DNA from: an uncultured delta proteobacterium
Lineage (GTDB): Bacteria > Desulfobacterota > Desulfobacteria > Desulfobacterales > JAFDCJ01
DNA length: 64,000 nucleotides
Reading direction: 5' to 3'
Assembly (NCBI GenBank): GCA_963769935.1
Contig: CAVYNY010000016.1
Coordinates: 32,001 to 96,000, forward strand
Positions 62,021-64,000 of this stretch are shown here, piece by piece. Both the position numbers and the translations under genes were made by a program. Under the pieces are notes generated by a model that had not been told where the DNA came from, searched no databases, and saw only the letters and a program-made list of their open reading frames with translations. Position 1 is the first letter of the stretch. Each line of letters opens with the position of its first letter.

Positions 62021-63307
62021 ATGACAACTACTAAAGACATTATCGATAAGGTACTAAATGAAATTGATGCCGACGAGCTGATCAGATTAACCTCTGATCT
62101 AGTTAAGATTAATTCCGTCTGGGATCCTGTCGCCGGGACCAGTGAGCAGCCGGCGGCCGATTATGTTTTCAAATGGGCACAGGAGCATGGATTTGAGGCG
62201 CAGCTGGAAGAAGTTGCACCCGCTCGACCGAACGTAATTGTGCTTTGGACCGCCGGTCCCGGCAACCGTCGGCTGATGTTTGAAGGACACACCGATGTGG
62301 TCACCCCGGGGGATGTTGCGGCCTGGAAGTATGATCCTTTCGGCGCTGAGATTGTGGGTCGTAAAATGTACGGTCGCGGCACCAACGATACCAAAGGCAA
62401 CCTGGCAGCCATGCTGATTGCCATGGCGGCGCTTAAGGACTCCGGTGTGCAGCTTTCCGGAACCGTTGTCGGCGGGGTGCTGTGCGATGAAGAAGATCAA
62501 ATGCTGGGAGTCAGAAATTTCATCGATAGGGGCCATGCCGACGCGGTTACCGCCGCCGTCATCTGTGAGCCCCAGGATGGTTTGATCTGCACCTCCCAAA
62601 AAGGGTCGCTGCGGGCCCGGTTTACCATCAAGGGCCGCATGAGTCACGGTGCCATGCCCCTTTCCGGCTTGAACACCGCTCCGGCCGTCGCCCATTTGAT
62701 CAACGCTTTGCACGATCTGGAGCGCCGGGCCGTGCGGCAGCCGGGACAGGACGAGCATCTGGGGTGGCCCAGCTTCACTCCTACGGTCATCCTGGCACCG
62801 TCCGCCGGTGCGCCCCAGCTCAATGTCATGCCCGGCGAGACCCATTTACTGGTGGATATTCGGACCGTTCCCGGACAGTCCCATCCGGACATCCTGAAAG
62901 ACCTGGCAAACATGACGCTTGAAATTGAACAGCAGGTTCGCCGACATTACGTTGATTATGACAAACTGCTCCATATTGACCGCGAGCATGACCTGCATGT
63001 CACGCTGGAAATTTTAACCGACCGTCCCTGCACGCTGACGGATCGTAATGATCCGGCAGTTCTGGCAGCCGATTGGGCCACCCGGCAATTGAGTAAAAAA
63101 ACGCCGGTCTACGGCGGCGTTCCCGGCGCCACGGACGGCACCTTTCTGTGGGCTTTAAAAAATATTCCTATCGTCACCATGGGGGCCGGCGACCGTCAGG
63201 TTCCGCACCAGCTCGATGAGTGGGTCAATCTGGATCAACTCGTCGAAACCGCCAGGATATATGCGCTGACGGCGCTAAAATACCTGTGGCCGGGGGACAG
63301 CCATTGA
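62021..63307 (+). CDS. M20 metallopeptidase (ArgE/DapE-like)
   Basis: GHTDVV, GRG..DTKG, DEE, CEP, H..DE. Confidence 0.9.
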   Translation: MTTTKDIIDKVLNEIDADELIRLTSDLVKINSVWDPVAGTSEQPAADYVFKWAQEHGFEAQLEEVAPARPNVIVLWTAGPGNRRLMFEGHTDVVTPGDVAAWKYDPFGAEIVGRKMYGRGTNDTKGNLAAMLIAMAALKDSGVQLSGTVVGGVLCDEEDQMLGVRNFIDRGHADAVTAAVICEPQDGLICTSQKGSLRARFTIKGRMSHGAMPLSGLNTAPAVAHLINALHDLERRAVRQPGQDEHLGWPSFTPTVILAPSAGAPQLNVMPGETHLLVDIRTVPGQSHPDILKDLANMTLEIEQQVRRHYVDYDKLLHIDREHDLHVTLEILTDRPCTLTDRNDPAVLAADWATRQLSKKTPVYGGVPGATDGTFLWALKNIPIVTMGAGDRQVPHQLDEWVNLDQLVETARIYALTALKYLWPGDSH

Positions 63308-63415
63308 ATATTTTCGATTGAATATTGAAAATTTAAGGTATTCTGTCGATTAATTAAAATAGACGGAGCGCAGCGACATCCATAAATATTCAATTTTCAA
63401 TCTTCAATTTTCATT
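63303..63415. repeat. ATTGAA/TTCAAT heptamer inverted-repeat element
   Basis: ATTGAATATTTTCGATTGAATATTGAAAATTTAAGGTATTCT ... AAATATTCAATTTTCAATCTTCAATTTTCA. Confidence 0.75.
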
Positions 63416-63425
63416 TTTTTGATAA

Positions 63426-64000
63426 ATGGGCAGTAAACTACTAGAAATAACGGACCTGTCCGTCCATTTCCACACCCCCGAAGGTATTGCCCGGGCGGTG
63501 GACGGGGTCAGTTTCCACCTGGACACGGGTGAGACCATCGGTCTGGTGGGTGAATCAGGTTGCGGCAAGAGCGTCACTTCCCTGAGCATCCTGGGATTGA
63601 TTCCGTCGCCGCCGGGAAAGATTGAAGGCGGTAAAATCAGGTTTGCCGGCCAAAATTTACTGGATTGCAACAACGAACAGCTCCGCAAAATTCGGGGGCA
63701 AAAAATCTCGATGATATTTCAGGAGCCGATGACCTCCCTCAACCCGGTGCTGCCAATCGGCCGCCAGGTGGCGGAACCGCTGATGGTCCATCAGGGGCTT
63801 AGCCGGACCGCAGCATTTGAGAAGGCCGCCCGATGGCTGGACTACGTTAAGATACCGGCCGCCGCCAAACGGCTGAATGACTACCCGCATCAGCTATCGG
63901 GCGGCATGCGCCAGCGGGTCATGATCGCCATGGCCATGGTCTGTGGCCCGAAGCTTTTGATTGCCGATGAACCCACAACCGCTTTGGATGTCACGATCCA
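63426..64000 (+). CDS. Peptide ABC ATPase (DppD-like), runs off the window
   Basis: [11 protein letters not shown]...GESGCGKS...[11 protein letters not shown]...[12 protein letters not shown]...[10 protein letters not shown]. Confidence 0.93.
   Translation, partial: MGSKLLEITDLSVHFHTPEGIARAVDGVSFHLDTGETIGLVGESGCGKSVTSLSILGLIPSPPGKIEGGKIRFAGQNLLDCNNEQLRKIRGQKISMIFQEPMTSLNPVLPIGRQVAEPLMVHQGLSRTAAFEKAARWLDYVKIPAAAKRLNDYPHQLSGGMRQRVMIAMAMVCGPKLLIADEPTTALDVTI

Noticed and set aside
1..64000. CRISPR array
   Set aside because: No 25-40-nt direct repeats with regular unique spacers and no cas genes; the repeats seen are short-unit or palindromic.

Overview
Mostly core chromosome of a probable sulfate-reducer-type deltaproteobacterium (Desulfobacterales-like; inferred from gene content and repeat style, not from a search). 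It carries housekeeping genes (mnmG, ddl, purE, tsaC, aspS, hisS, yhbY), three tRNAs (Met-CAT, Leu-CAA, Asn-GTT), a decayed integrase/PEP-CTERM islet behind tRNA-Met, three hybrid histidine kinases, a peptide ABC/peptidase cluster, and a 12.4-kb MSHA-like type IV pilus operon (26.2-38.7 kb, minus strand). The best candidate for an undescribed system is the regulation around that operon. A membrane-anchored sigma54 activator (2 TM + HAMP-like + AAA+ + HTH, no receiver domain) lies inside the operon just upstream of the sigma54 pilin promoter. A second, headless sigma54 activator is transcribed divergently and is followed by a sigma54-driven 62-aa (D/E)RR-repeat mini-protein. Two flanking kinases share an unassigned N-terminal membrane module. 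Intergenic DNA is full of short inverted-repeat elements built from 7-9-nt units, several nested inside each other. Six apparent +1 frameshifts (20.8-44.6 kb) probably reflect sequencing error. No CRISPR array, rRNA or intact transposase was seen. All calls are by eye from motifs; no database search was run.
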